A stretch of 64,000 nucleotides of DNA from Setoptus koraiensis (taxonomy: Eukaryota; Animalia; Arthropoda), in NCBI GenBank assembly GCA_048013815.1, contig CM106586.1:18972001-19036000 (forward strand), written 5' to 3'. A program made the position numbers and the translations under genes. Below, piece after piece: positions 1-13,568 of this stretch. Each line of letters opens with the position of its first letter. The stretch's first letter is position 1. A model generated the notes under the pieces. The model did no database searches. It had not been told where the DNA came from and worked only from the letters and a program-made list of their open reading frames with translations.

Positions 1-391
1 CTTGCACTTCAAACTATTACCAAACTGCGCTGATTTCAACAAATTTCACTGACTTGTGACGCGGCGACATTCGTTCGTGTGTCATCGGCATGCTCATATG
101 CACCGATATTGTCACATTTTGGCAGTGTTGGCATGAAGCGAGCGTGATGTCATAGCGGTGAGTGCCGCTACTATAGTTGCGTGTACCTGGTCACCCGAGG
201 CCCGCGAGCGACGTCGATCGGGCGCCTCAAAAGTGGATAATTCATGGAGCTTTTAATGGGGGCGCCGCGAACAAGCTGCGACAAACGCAATGATGGAAGC
301 TCCGAGTGACAGTGACAAATGGTGGCCGCCAATGACGACAGCGACCATGCGACCATGCAAACAGTCGGCAGCCGGCGCCAACAACGACAAC

Positions 392-497
392 GACACCGAC
401 ACCGACGACACCGACGACACCGACGACACCGACGACACCGACGACACCGACGACACCGACGACACCGACGACACCGACTACGACGACGACACCGACA
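392..497. repeat. 9-bp tandem repeat (GACACCGAC)n
   Basis: Direct reading of the sequence. It explains the poly-DT, VVG, SSV and RRH low-complexity ORFs at 242-583. Confidence 0.95.
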
Positions 498-3390
498 CGA
501 ACAGCTGGCCAGAGTCTAGACGGTGCGAGGGTGCACAGCAGAGGTGCAATATGGTGCCGTGAGCAGCAATTATGGTTGTCCAATTATGTTGTCCGTCGGC
601 CGGCGTTGAAGGGCCGGCATTTGGCGCGTGCTATAGCTAGCTATGATGCCAGCTCGTGCACGATATTCAAATATCTGTGATTGCATCATAATTGCAAATA
701 TTATGGCCGCATCGTTGCGTTGCAACGATCGGTTCTCTGCGATCAATTATCGTGTTCGCATGTCGCCGAGACCGGGCCCGCTCAGCTGACCGTCGGATAT
801 TACAATTAATTATGCCCACACTCTACTGACTGCTCAATCAGCTGTTGTCTCTTGTCCAAATCTTGCCAGACTTGCCAGGCTTGTCAGACTTGCCAGACCG
901 AAGGTCGGACTCTTGACAGACGGACGGTCGGACAATGTCGGGCCAATTGTCACAACTAGTGCAAATAACATAACACATTACGTAACTGTCACTCGCTGCT
1001 CGTTTCGTTATTCTTTCGGCCAGATCAACATTGATCTGTGCAGCTCTGTAGCTGCGCCATGTAGCCCTCGTGGATATACAGCAATGGGTAGATTGCAATT
1101 GCACGAGGTGTGTGATAGCCGTGCACGTGATGGGCCGCCCGGCAAGGCGCGCATATTATGTAGCCCTGTGCCGAGCATGTTTGTGTCGGTGTAGGTGTGC
1201 GTGTGTGCAGTCCATAGATTATTGAATTTGCGGGCCTCAGTTGATGTTGATGTTGCTGTTGTTGTTGTTGTTATCGCCGCTAGAGCTGGCTGGATTACCG
1301 TTATTCGGTGATCTATTGCAAGTTGCAACAACACAATTGTGTCGGCCTGGCTGGCTTTACAAGCGTGGGCGGCGTTGCCGTTTGGCAGCCAGCGTCAAAT
1401 CGATATATCAATTTAGAGTTGATGTATCTGTTTGTGTGTGACCTAGAATTGTGTGCGTAGCCTGGCGACTGTTTCGAGGGGGTGGGGGCAAGCTTCTCTA
1501 TTTCGAGCTTCGGGCCTCTTCGGGCTGGCACAAACAACGAGTCACAATCACATGTTTATGTTGAGGCAGCCGATGAGAGCCAATTACACGCGTTAGCTGG
1601 CGAACAGCCAGCCAGCCAGCCAGCAGCCCCAACTAAGACGAGAACCCGATGAGGCCAATGAGAAATGCGGCAGCAGCTCACTGTGGCCCCCTCGGCTGGA
1701 ATTTGCTGCCGGCCAGCCAATTGCAGTGCGTGGGCGGCTCCGTGGCAACTTTAAAATTCCTCGTGTCTCGCCATGTGTGTGTGCATTCGGGCAAAAGCCG
1801 CCCGCTCTCGGTGCTCATGATGCTCCTAGGCGCCGGTTGCAAGGCCAGCCGGAGCTGCCGTTGGGGCCCCGCGAGCAGCGCGCCAAGCGTCTTGTGAGGC
1901 GCTCAATTTTGTGTGAGACGTCCAGTTTGTTTGTGTGCGGCTGGCCGGGCCAGACCATTCATCATTTGGTGGCGCACAAATGAAGCGGTATCAAGTCGGC
2001 GGCCGTAGACAGATAATTGTGGTTACGCCATTACAACTGTGCAAGTGCGTGGCTGCTGCTGCTGGCGCCAATATCCGCCGGCTTGTTATCGGCCGCTATT
2101 GGCCTCCGCCGCGCTCCGTTGGGCTCCGTTGGGCTCCACTGGGCTCCACTGGGCTCCACCGGCCCCGTCGGCCGCTATGGGCCGCCGTTGACTCAGCGTC
2201 GGCCCAACGGCGGCCCCTCCCGGCGCTCAACAAACACTGATACACTGACACACTTTGCTCAATTGGCTGGCGTGTGGGGCGACGTTTTTGTCGGACTGGT
2301 TGCAACTGGCACAGTTGCAGCCAGTTGTTTGTTCTGTAGCCCCTGATCTGGCTCATGTCGGCGGCCAATGGGGGCCCCGATCTTAAGCGCAGCAAGGCAC
2401 AGAACAGCTAGCACGAGGGCGCATTGAGCGAGCCAACTGACTCAGTTGTGCTGAGCTGCGGCACAAAAAGAAATATCGCCAGGTACTCAAACTGTGAGTC
2501 GCAGTTCGGATTATTGCCGCCAGCAGCACGGGCAGCGCTGTCACTGGCGAGCCAATTCTTTTGCCAGTTGCTTAATCTGGGCGCCGCGTTCTTTTGGCTG
2601 CTGGTCGCTTTTTGTGGCGCACGAGCTGGCTGCTGCCGAAGAATTGATGAATTGCCGACATGCAAGGCTCGCGTCGACAACGCGTTTGCATTACGATTTG
2701 GCGCTTTGTTGAGAATTATCGTCCGCAAATAGGCACACAATGCCAGAATATAAACGCCAACGGGGCCCCATGCAACGGCCAACTACACGGCGACACGAGC
2801 GGCGCGTATGGCGCAATACGCCGGACACTGAGCGGTCTAATTGGATTCACCAGTTCTAAACTCTATGCAAAGGGGCCTCGTTGCAGGCGCCCCCTGGCAC
2901 CGGTCTCGCCACCGGTGCTGCTGGCTGGCTGGCTGGTTAGTTGGCTGGCTGGCTGGCCTGAGATGTGGGCCCCGGCGGGCCGCACACACCGCTGCCGGTG
3001 GCGAGCCAAGGCGTGCCGTTCACAATGATTCTCGATTTATTTTCATTTGCAATGTGAGTCACGTTGTTGTTGTCGCTGTTGCTGTTGTTACATCATTACT
3101 AGCAGGACTGGCCGGCGACTTGCAGCGAATCAAGCCCAACAGCGGCAACAGCGGCAACAACAACAGCAACAACAGCAGCAGCAACAGCAACAGCGGCAAC
3201 AACAACGCCAACAACACTGGTAACAAGCAACTGCTCATTGGCGCTGGCGCACTTTGCACGTAACTTGGCCCCCTGGTTGCTGGTGCATCAATCGCTCGTT
3301 GGCCGACTGTGGGCCGGTCGACGCGCGTATTGTGCGCTCAATTTTGTTCGGCTGCCAACCGATAGGTTGCGGCCCCCGTGCGCCTCAGCA

Positions 3391-3419
3391 ATACCGAGTC
3401 AGTAATACTGACTCGGTAT
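3391..3419. repeat. Perfect 29-nt palindrome (14-bp arms, 1-nt centre)
   Basis: ATACCGAGTCAGTA-A-TACTGACTCGGTAT. Confidence 0.95.
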
Positions 3420-6047
3420 CTCATTGACGCGCGCCCATGTATTCCGCTGGCTCCAATAACGAGCTGGCCCGCGAATACGCGCCTACTGCGCTCCCACGAC
3501 TGGGGCCCACAACGCCCAACGTCAGGCGCCCAACGCTGAGCGCTCAACGCCGAACGCACCGCGAGCGAGAATAACGCCAGCGGGGCCCCATTGACTCATT
3601 GTCATTGGGAGGCGCATTCTTTTTGTGCAGTCGCACAAGCCGCCGTAGCTGGGGGGTGGGGGCATTGTTCTCGGCAACATCAAGTGCCACTAAACAACAA
3701 CAAACAAACAATGCCACTGAGCCAAATCAATCCAAATAAACTCAATGAGCATCGTGGGCCCCCTAATTGCGGCCCACGTTCTCGCGCGCCCAGCTATCCG
3801 GTTTCTGGGGAGCCGCCATTACGCCATCGCGCCATCGCGCCATTCTGGCTCTGATAGCGGCTCTGGTTTTGGGGCTCCGTCTGGCCATTCACAATTTGAC
3901 CGATGGCCGCCGAGCCAACCCGGCCAACAGCTCGCCTGACCAGAAACGGCGATTTGGGGCCCCGGGATCTCGGCGGCGGCAGCTTATTAGCCGCTGCCGG
4001 ACCACGCAACCGCTCAGCACCCTATTCAGCAGGGGCCCCCCTGAATGGTGGCGCGTGCAAATCACCTGTGAGTGGACTGCCTAATATGTACTACATAAAT
4101 GCATGGCGTACATGGCGCCCCTAGTCAAGTGGTAATGACCGACGCGGGCGCCCCAATAATGACCAATCTTATTATGTAGCCAAGCAGCGACAACAACAAC
4201 AACAACTCAACAGCTGCCCCTCGGCCGCTTTTTGTCTTTTGGTGCTCTGGCCGGATCTGCAGCGCTCTACATCTCGTCACGAGACGTGTACAGTCTACAC
4301 GTCTTTTTATACCCGCTGCCGGCTTACATTTAGTGCTGGCGCACGCAATTGGGGCCCGTCGAACGAACGGGGGCACTTTGTTTCCGTCAGGCACTGTGCG
4401 CCGGTGCTTTTGTGCGCCACTTGCTCTATGTGTTGGGCCCCATCTCAAATGAATCTCAAATGTGTGAGCGGCCCCAACGGTTGCTCGTGTCGTTGCATCG
4501 TCAAATATGCTAATCAGCTATTTATTTCTAGCTGACGAGTCATAGCTTTCAGCAGCGGCCAGAGGTTGCAGCGCGCCCACTGATGCGCCTCGTTGTCGGG
4601 CCCCAGTTGTTGGGCCCCAGTTGCTCACACGAGCATGGCCAATTGATAACCAACACACAACACGCCATACTAGAGATGTTAATGTTAGATGCGCTGGCCC
4701 CCGCCCGTTCCAAGTGGGTGACAGCGATTTGTGTCAGCCGTCAGCAGTCAGTCGCATCGGTATCGATCTTGCTGTCGCTGTTGTTGTTGTTGCTGTTGCT
4801 GTTTAAATAGAGCCCATTCCATTATCTCTCGGTTGCAGCCATCGATTGGCGGCGCCTAGGCCTGGCCTAGCAATTGCATTTGCTATTAATGTTTAAAAAT
4901 AAAAATAATGTTTTTCGCTCGTCGTCGATCTGCTCTGCCTCTAATCTCAGCCTCGGTGGAGCCAATCGCGCAGATTGGCCCCACTGGCCCGCATTGGCCG
5001 CTCAACTGGCTCGGCGTGCTCTCACTTCTTACAGCGCCCGGCACTGCGCTGGCCGCAAAATTCAGCCAGTTTCAGTGGCCGGGGCCGGCTGAGCTGCTAG
5101 CCTCTAAACATGAGATAATAGCGAGTCGGAGGCGCATCATTGATCGCGCCACTCGCGCCCCACACAAATAGATAAGATAAAAATAGTGCCTGTGTGCCCA
5201 ATGATGCAACCACTTGATCTATCAAGCCCTATTCACCCTGCGCTTGGCCCGGATCAACCGGATCCGTGGGGCCCCTGCTCGCCGCACTGCTGAGCTTGCT
5301 AAGAAATTGGGGCCCAATCAGGGTCAAGCACGCCGCTGGCCGACAGTGTCCGCGAGCGGCACAAGCGGCCACGCTCAAACAGACCCATTGGTGGCACCAC
5401 TAGAACGGGCCCACTAACCAGTGACGCAATACTACTGCACTAGCTGGACTAGCTGGACTAGCTGGACAACTGCTCAAAATGGCAACGGCACCGCGGCGAC
5501 GGGACGCCGGTGTGCGCCCAGTGGATTGGCACGCATTCAAGACGAAATGCGCTCAAAAGTGCGCCCAAAACTGTTCATCTGGATCGTCGCACACTCTCGG
5601 CCCCCGGGGTGCCCGGCTCGGTTGTGGGGCGCCCCGCGTCGATCGCTTCCTCAATGAGGGCGCGTTTGGCCGGCAGACTTTTTGTTCTTGCTCTCCCGCT
5701 CTGCCCACTCTGACCCGTATGTCCGCCGCGCCCGCCGTGCCCGCTGCGCCCGTTACGTCCGCCACTCCATTGTCCGCAAATGAGCCAGAGATAGGGGCCC
5801 TATCTCGCCCACAAAAGCAAACAAAGCCACCATTACGCAACGGGCGCCCAGACTGGTGTCCAGGCCACTCACTAACGCTCTCTCATCAATGGTTGTGTCG
5901 GCTAACGGTTTCTCGATGAGTTCTCTCGTGCACTGCACGAGTATAAAGAGGACGATATTAATAGATGGCTCTCACAAGTTAGTCACTGCTGCAATGGCCG
6001 CTAAATGTGGCCCCTCATTACGGCCCCTCACAGTTGACCGTTGCGAC

Positions 6048-6112
6048 GCAGTTACGTAAGCAGTTACGTAAGCAGTTACGCGAGCAGTTACGCGAGCAGT
6101 TACGCGAGCAGT
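6048..6112. repeat. 12-bp tandem repeat GCAGTTACG(TA/CG)A, about 5.4 copies
   Basis: Two copies of GCAGTTACGTAA, then three of GCAGTTACGCGA, then a partial copy. Confidence 0.95.
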
Positions 6113-7683
6113 CGGTCAAGGTGCTCCATTGCGAGTAATGTGCGAGGGCGCTATCAGGGGGCGCCATTTGGGGCCGCTATGCCAACCCTATGCCGCCATG
6201 ACACTGACGTGGCGGTGCAAGTGTGAAAAGTGTACTCAATGCAATTATATATATTTATTCAATGCAACAACCATCATCTATCTTTATTATGTCCATTCTC
6301 TATTATGTAATGGGGCCCAGCGACCCCTGGCCAACGAATTTTAGCATGAGACGACAGTTTCAATGTGATGCTAAACAGGCAGCCAATGTTTAACAGCCTG
6401 TTTTGCATCTAATGCGGGCCACTTCTTTGGCTGCTTAGCGATTTGTCGCCGGCATTGGCTTGCCAGTTGGTTTTGCTTGTCAGTGGCCCCATTTGCACAC
6501 AATTTGCGCCGGCAAATTTGCCATTTCACCTATTACTGCTGCTACTCAATAACTGGTCGCACTGCTTAGCAGATAAATGAGATGATAGCAGAATAAAATT
6601 TGTTTTATTCACCATGGCACCGTTGCATAACAAATAGCGCACTGGCACAAGCCTGGCAGTCGGGCCCCGGATTAATCAATGCTGGTGCCATATTGATTAA
6701 TTTGTAGCCGCACCATTCGTGATCGCTGTCGACGGACTTATCTTGTCGTTGTGCTCTTATCGCCAGACTCTAATCACCGGACTCTAATGAATCTCTTATT
6801 TTGTTTATAACAGATGAGCTGCTCATTTGAATGCCCTCATCAATTATCACTTCTCAGTTTGGCCCGAGCTGCTTTTTATTCCGAGAGCGCGGCTCACTTT
6901 CGCGCGCCCCATCGATCGTTGTTGGTCAGTCGCACACTGGCCCGCTCTCCAATGGCCCACTCAAACAACTAACTCCGATCATCGGAGCCAACCGAGTCCG
7001 ATGGCTCGCTTGCGTTTTGCAGGCCCGACTGGCCTGACTTGGCCGGATCGGATGATCCGATGATCGGATATTCGACCCACATTTGCGCCAACACCATATG
7101 CTGTCGATGCCCGCCTGTCTTATGTTAAATATTATTTTATTTTCTGGCTATTTTCTTGTGCTAGCCAATGCCGAGCATTGTGAGTGAGCGCAAGCTGGCA
7201 AGATAAATAGAGATAGAGGCTAGTGAGTGGGGCCTTTGCATGGATTGGGTGTGTGGCCATTGTTGGGGCGTCAACACAACAGCGGCCACAAAATGACAGC
7301 AAGTAGTCGCTCGAAAACAATGTTGCTTGCCGTTGTTTATCTTGGCGTTTATCTTGGCGTTTATCTCGCTGGGCGCCGCTGATAATTGCCCCGCGACGGA
7401 TATTTGGCGCTGACGTTGTTTGCTTGGTGGTGCGCAGATTTTCGTCAAGATTTATTATGCCCTTGGAGGCTACTGGCAACGCTTCCAAAGGCCCAATAAC
7501 GTTGGGCTTGCTGGCTAACTGGCAGATCAAATGTCAGTCCGAATGCGGTGCCCACGCATTCGGGGGAGCCACCGCATTGGTGCGCGGTCTCATGTGACCA
7601 GATAGTCTGTCTTGCCAACAGCACGCCGGCCCACGATGCCCAGCGGGCCCATCCCACGCGCAAATCATAACGCATCGGAGTCA

Positions 7684-7761
7684 ATATCCACATATCCACA
7701 TATCCACATATCCACATATCCACATATCCACATATCCACATATCCACATATCCACATATCC
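7684..7761. repeat. 8-bp tandem repeat (ATATCCAC)n, about 9.75 copies
   Basis: Perfect array read directly. Confidence 0.97.
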
Positions 7762-8560
7762 GATTGCGACTCGAGACCGGGCTCGTTCTAGCGCTTTATT
7801 TTGGCCCCCATTCACTTATATTTCGTCTAGACTGAGGAGGCCGGCCAGAGCCATTTTTATCCGATGGCTCGCTATTGGATTGTCCAATTTGGATATAAAC
7901 TGTGACTCGATCGATGAAGTGAATCTGACACCTCGATATTGCTTGTATATTAGCTGTCGCATATTCTGTCGGTATTTGGCAGTCACAGTTGACAGAAAAC
8001 GCCCGCCAGACCCCAAAAGTGTGTGGGGGGCCCATTAAGTATGAGCGACACAAATCGAGCCACTGTTGCACTGGCAACATGGTTCTAGAAGCTCGTATCC
8101 GTCTCGCAGCTCACAATCTCGATATTGAACCCTGTTCGCTGCAATATCTAATATATATAATATCAGATGTGTACATAATGTACTTAATATATAAAATATA
8201 TTTAATATATGTAATATCCGTGCCAGCTGTTGCGGGCCAGAGCTTGCCATTTGGTTGGACATTAGCGCTGGCTGGCGAGCATTATTTTAATTGACTCAAC
8301 GTAATTGTGTCTCGCTTGCCACCTGTCACAATGGCACCAGGGCAACTAGACTCACCTGAGCTTGAGACGCCGAGAGATTGCCAACTGGCTCGGTGGCCGG
8401 ATGCGACTTATTGGCTCTATGGGGCTCTTCGTGTAGCTTGCGCTCAGTCGCTGTTCGAAATGGCTCGAAGTGGGCCAACTGCGACACACAACACACTTGC
8501 ACCACGAGCACAATTGTCTCAATCCCGGCCCCCCTACACTGGTTAGCCCCGAGCTGGTGA

Positions 8561-8596
8561 GGCCTGAACTGGTTATCCGGCTAACCAGTTCAGGCC
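8561..8596. repeat. Perfect inverted repeat, 15-bp arms, 6-nt spacer
   Basis: GGCCTGAACTGGTTA-TCCGGC-TAACCAGTTCAGGCC. Confidence 0.95.
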
Positions 8597-9478
8597 CCCA
8601 CGGTTTCTCTCAACGGCTACGATTGTCGAAGGGGCTAGAACGAATATACAGAATTCGCATTTGGGTCGTTTGCGCTGAGCCTGGGGTATTATTTCGGGGC
8701 TTAATGAGAGTAGCTTGCGCGCCTCATTCCATCGAGCCAGCCAGTGAGCCATTGAGCTGCCAGCTATCGGTCGTGGGCCATCAAGCTCGTTTGTGCACTT
8801 GTTGTCGCCCCTATCGTCGCCGTTGTCGCCTCCATTGACGTTGTTGTCGCCTCCATTGACGTTGTTGTCGTCGCTGTCGTCGGAGGGGCTGTTGTTGCGC
8901 GGGGGCCCATAATTGTTTGCTCAATTGCATCTGCACACAGACAATGACAAGATGGTGGCGCACACGTAATGACGCAATTGGTGGCACACCGAACTAGGCA
9001 AACTGGTTCAACATGCGCACAATGATTGTCATCGGTATTGAGTTTCCAATGGCAAACTCAGTGACTCGCCAGCCAGACGAGCCCACTATTATATTAGACT
9101 GTTAGACGCCCGCGTCCAGGTAAATGGGGCCAGACGAACGGGGCCGCCAGGTGAATGCAGGGCCGAGAGTGCGTGGGGCCCGGTGAGTGACGGCGGCGCC
9201 AGTGGCTCGTGAGAGCGTGCCTGCTGGCACGGTCGTCATTTGATTGATTACAATTGTTGTTGTCGTCGTTGTTATTCATATTGTCGGCACTGTATTCTTC
9301 GGGGCTCGTCGGCGTTCCTCTGGCCCGCGTTGCTGGCGCCCTTTAACGACTCATCGCTTGCCAAGACGCAGTCCGAAGACACAGCGCGCACAGAATAAGA
9401 GAATAACGGAAAATAACGAGATGACGTAAGACTATAAATAGAGTGGCCAGAAATGATAACATCTCAGCCTGCCAGCCA

Positions 9479-9545
9479 GCTCTGTTAGGCCGGCTCTGTT
9501 AGGCCGGCTCTGTTAGGCGGCTCTGTTAGGCGGCTCGGTTGGGCG
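9479..9545. repeat. 13-14 bp tandem repeat GGCTCTGTTAGGC(C), about 5 degenerating copies
   Basis: Direct reading; the last unit is diverged (GGCTCGGTTGGGC). Confidence 0.9.
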
Positions 9546-10356
9546 GCGCTGCTGGGCGGCGCGTACCCCGACGACGACATGTCAAGTGCTGTGTCGTCGG
9601 CGGCGGCGGCGTCTCTCAATTCTTGTCACACGCAGCCACTCAAATGAAGTGCCAATGATACGCGCTGCGGGCCCCAATCCGGCCCGGTGGGCCCCCGCGC
9701 CCCATTCATTACGTGGGCCCCGTGTGGCCCCGCTGGCGCTCGGCGCACAAAATAACGCACACGCCGACGACTGCTTGTTATTGGATTTCGCCTGCCTCTA
9801 CCTCCCATCGTCACTCGTCGGTGCGGTGCTTGTTGTGGGCGCTCGTCGTCGCTGGCCGCGAATGGGGCCAGCCGGCGGTTTTATTGCAAAACCTGGCCAC
9901 TTGTCAAATTTGGCCCCATGTTTGTGTTTGCCGAGCTCTGGCGCTTCCAATTACGCGCATGTGTTTGCCAACGGCGTCCTTCCTATTTCCGACTTGTTCT
10001 CCCCCTCAGTGACACTCTCGCTGGTCTGTCCCTTGTATTTTTGTGTTTTTGTATTTCGACACTTCTTTATCTTATCGCCATTTTGCACTTTGGGGCCCCA
10101 TGTTCGGCTGCCTCGCAGTGAGCATGTCGCCTCATCGTGAATAGTCATCGTGAATATAAAATGTGTTGTCAGCCGACCGGTTGAATTGTGCAAATACGCG
10201 CCCCCACTTGACACGACAACTGTCGTTTGATTACTGCCCTTATTACTACCGCTATTGGCACTCGGCAAACACGGCTCAATGCGACCGAATCGAGTCCGTG
10301 AATTATCCGGCTTCCGAATGCACCGATCAGCTTCGTTTTTCCGTCACACTGTAACG

Positions 10357-10407
10357 GTTTTTTTGCTCCGTTTGGCACGGCTCGTAGTGTCGAACGGAGC
10401 AAAAAAC
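10357..10407. repeat. Inverted repeat / hairpin, 21 pairs (2 G.T, 1 bulge), 8-nt loop
   Basis: GTTTTTTTGCTCCGTTTGGCAC-GGCTCGTA-GTGTCGAACGGAGCAAAAAAC. Confidence 0.85.
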
Positions 10408-13400
10408 GACGATATTCCAAAATGAGTTGTGCCTATACCTATTGCATTTTCGGACGCGGCCGATGCAAAACGATCGCTTCAATTGCCAGTCTGATCAAAC
10501 TTTCGCCTCGATTTATTTACCGACTCGATCAGCGGGCAGGTTGCGCAAGATCAGCCTGTCGGTCGCATACATGATTCATATTTCGCATATAAATTTTCAT
10601 CTCGCGCCCCCATCCGAACTGCCGGCTCAATGCCGGCATTGAATCAATGAAGCATGCGAAACCACAATGCTCATAATCTTGCCTGCACAATCGCTTGTGG
10701 TGTCGTAATGGAAAGTGCATAGTTCTGCCAGCAAAAGGGGGCCACTCCAATTAACGTTTTGTGCGACTCTCTCAAACAAAATATCCGCTGTTTCGCCGAA
10801 GCGACAGCTCGTCTGAGAAAACGACTCGGCTCACTCGTTATGCGGCCCCAATGATGCAACGCATAACGCGTAGCAACGGGGCACCCCGCTTTGTGTTTGT
10901 GTTTCCATTGTTGTCGTTGTGTGTCTAACCGGGATTATTAACCGGCAATATCTGGCACACCGACCACACCGGCAATTATAACTGGCCCAATCCAATCAAA
11001 TGTGGGCCACTGCCACTTCCGCTGTTGCGATACTCACCACTGTTAGTGTCTGACAACGATATTGATGATACAACGGTCGCCGTGGGCCTTCAATCAGTCT
11101 TAATCAGGGTCTAGTCATTAACGAAACATGACAACACCTTTCTCTGCCATTGCAATCAATCATGATATTATTATTGATGATCGATAGCGCCCCTTCCGGT
11201 GGTCGCTCGAGCTGCTCCAGCAAACATCCATGACTATTTGTCATTCTTGTCTAGCTACAAACCAAATCTAGATATACTCGTACCACTGTCAGTGTGTGTG
11301 TGTCGTGAAAATAAACCATCAGCATGCCATTAATCATGTTGGCCAGTTGCATCATGTTCGAATGCCACGAATTATCATTCTGCTGTCCAAGTTTCTGTGA
11401 CTCCGCTGACTTTCACCAACGAGCGGCGACCTTCACTTCCGGTCAGTCCAATTCACTCGAAATTACCGAAAAATTGTCCCGACATTTCTTGGTAGCGACA
11501 GAGCCAATTGCCAATCGAATTTGCGCAGATCTCCACCAGATTAGTCGGCTTCGGCGTCCCTGATCTCAGGGCGAAGAGAATTAGCAGAAACAACGTCATC
11601 GGAAAGAAATCGAGAGATGGGCGAATTTCCACTCAGAGCCTGATTCGTCTGAAATTTGACCAAATCTGAAAGAAATCTGATAAAATTTGATAAGACAAAC
11701 GATACACGAAACGTGCGCTTTCCGCCAGTCCAAAATCAATAACAACAAAAAAAAAATTACGTGCAATATATAGTTATCTCGCTTCAATAATCTCGCGTGG
11801 ATCTCTCTTCGGAGCTGCGTCGAATCTGGTCGGTTTTTTCGGCTGAGGCGAACTGATTTCCACCAATTTGATTATTGATCTGGGTGCGCAATCATGGTCA
11901 TTATCGAAAAGGCTCGCACCTTGCCACTCACGAGCCTTCCGTAAATCATTTCACCAGACAATTCAATTGTTGTCGCATCCATTTTTCTGTTCCGGCAAGC
12001 CCGAAAACGGGGGCCCACTCAAGCAAGAATAACACTCGTCGAGCGTGTAACCATCCTGATCACTGGTGCTGTTGTTGCGTGGCTCTATCGGGGGGCCCAG
12101 TTGGTTTCTTTTTTCGTTCGTTTGTTTGTGTCTCTATTGCAAAATGATATGTGTTGCGGAGGAAAAAATTGATTGATGAAGGGCCCCATTCTCGCAACAT
12201 GAACACATGTTATCATGGATAAATTCGTGTTTGATTAATGAGCATGCAACAGCAACTAGAATAAATAATTCCTCACCTGACAGCAGCAAAACTGTGTCGA
12301 GCGTGCCAATAAAAAGACTGATAAGCATAATTGAATTGGCACCTTGTTGTGTGTATTTTTCCGAAGCTATCACTTGGCGCCATCTATATGTGGGGCCCGG
12401 CACGATTCGAGCGACACTCTAATACACGTTCTGTATTTAGTGTGTGAAATTGAGCCCCAGAAGCACCAGATGGAGTGACAGTAGCACAACGTCTTGTCGT
12501 TTGCTAGCCGAGCGATGTTTTCGGCTTTGGGCGATTGCTCTCTGTTGAGCTCCGTTGTGATATCTACTGAATGGCGCCAACATATCGGCCTGTGAGGATT
12601 TCTCTGTCCGACTGTTAGTTCACGGGAAATAAAACGACTGCAACTGGGCACCATTGTTGATCGGGCCCCGTGCTGGCGCTCCACGCTATGCTGACTGTTA
12701 ATTAGATCACCGAGTTGTGCGATCGCCGGAGTGCCTTGTTTGTATCTGTATTTTGGTGCCGTTGGCCGGAATGAATTATTGGGGCAATAAGACGAACAAC
12801 AATGGATAAAAGACACAGGATAAAGTGGCCGAGTTATGACAGAGAACGGCTATCAGTTTGTGCCTGGCAGTGTCATGTTTTAAAGCCGCAATAATCCAAT
12901 CAGCTAGACCGGAAATTAATTGTCGTGCCAATGTAGCGACACACATTGGACAGATATTGTAATGTATAGGTAGACGAGGGGCCAATTGTCGTGTTGCTCG
13001 CTGTTTTACAATCGCAACAATAAACCGCTGTCATATAGGCAGCCGACGAAATAGAGGCCAACAGAGAGTGACGTTTGCGCGCGCTGATAAACTCAACCTG
13101 CGGGCCCCTTTTGTTGGGCCCCTTTTATTGCTTTTACGTGGCCAGTCGGTCTATTATGAGTGTCATATGTGATATATGTTATCCACGGCCGGACTACGCA
13201 AGATCAATTGTATAATAACAATACTGGCCAGTGTCCCGCCTAGCGCCCGGCGCCAATGGAACAGATTGAACCAAATGTCGCCCGTGCCGTGGCGCCACTC
13301 TTTCGGTGTGTTTCGCCAGCCGAGCCGGTTTGTGGGCGCCGTTCGTGGGCGCCGTTCGTGGGCGCCGTTCGTGGGGCCAGAGCTCACGTTTGAGATGCAC

Positions 13401-13510
13401 GTTCGGATATGCGATTGCAGCGATTGTCGGTCAGCGCCCGGACAGCGCTGGTCCGCAGACAAACTGGCGCGCGAAATCCGGCGATATATTGTGATGCACA
13501 GTATATTGCC

Positions 13511-13568
13511 TGTGAAAAAATTTGTGAAAAAATTTGCGAAAAAATCTGTGAAAAAGTTTGTGAAAAAA
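13511..13568. repeat. 12-bp tandem repeat TGTGAAAAAATT, about 5 imperfect copies
   Basis: Direct reading; it gives the KKFV repeat in ORF 13176-13571. Confidence 0.9.

Noticed and set aside
242-583. ORFs with poly-DT, VVG, SSV and RRH tracts
   Set aside because: All are translations of the 9-bp repeat at 392-497, open in many frames, with no domain or splice support.
10357-10407. Bacterial intrinsic terminator reading of the hairpin with T/A tracts
   Set aside because: The surrounding DNA is eukaryotic with spliceosomal genes, and no bacterial ORFs flank it.
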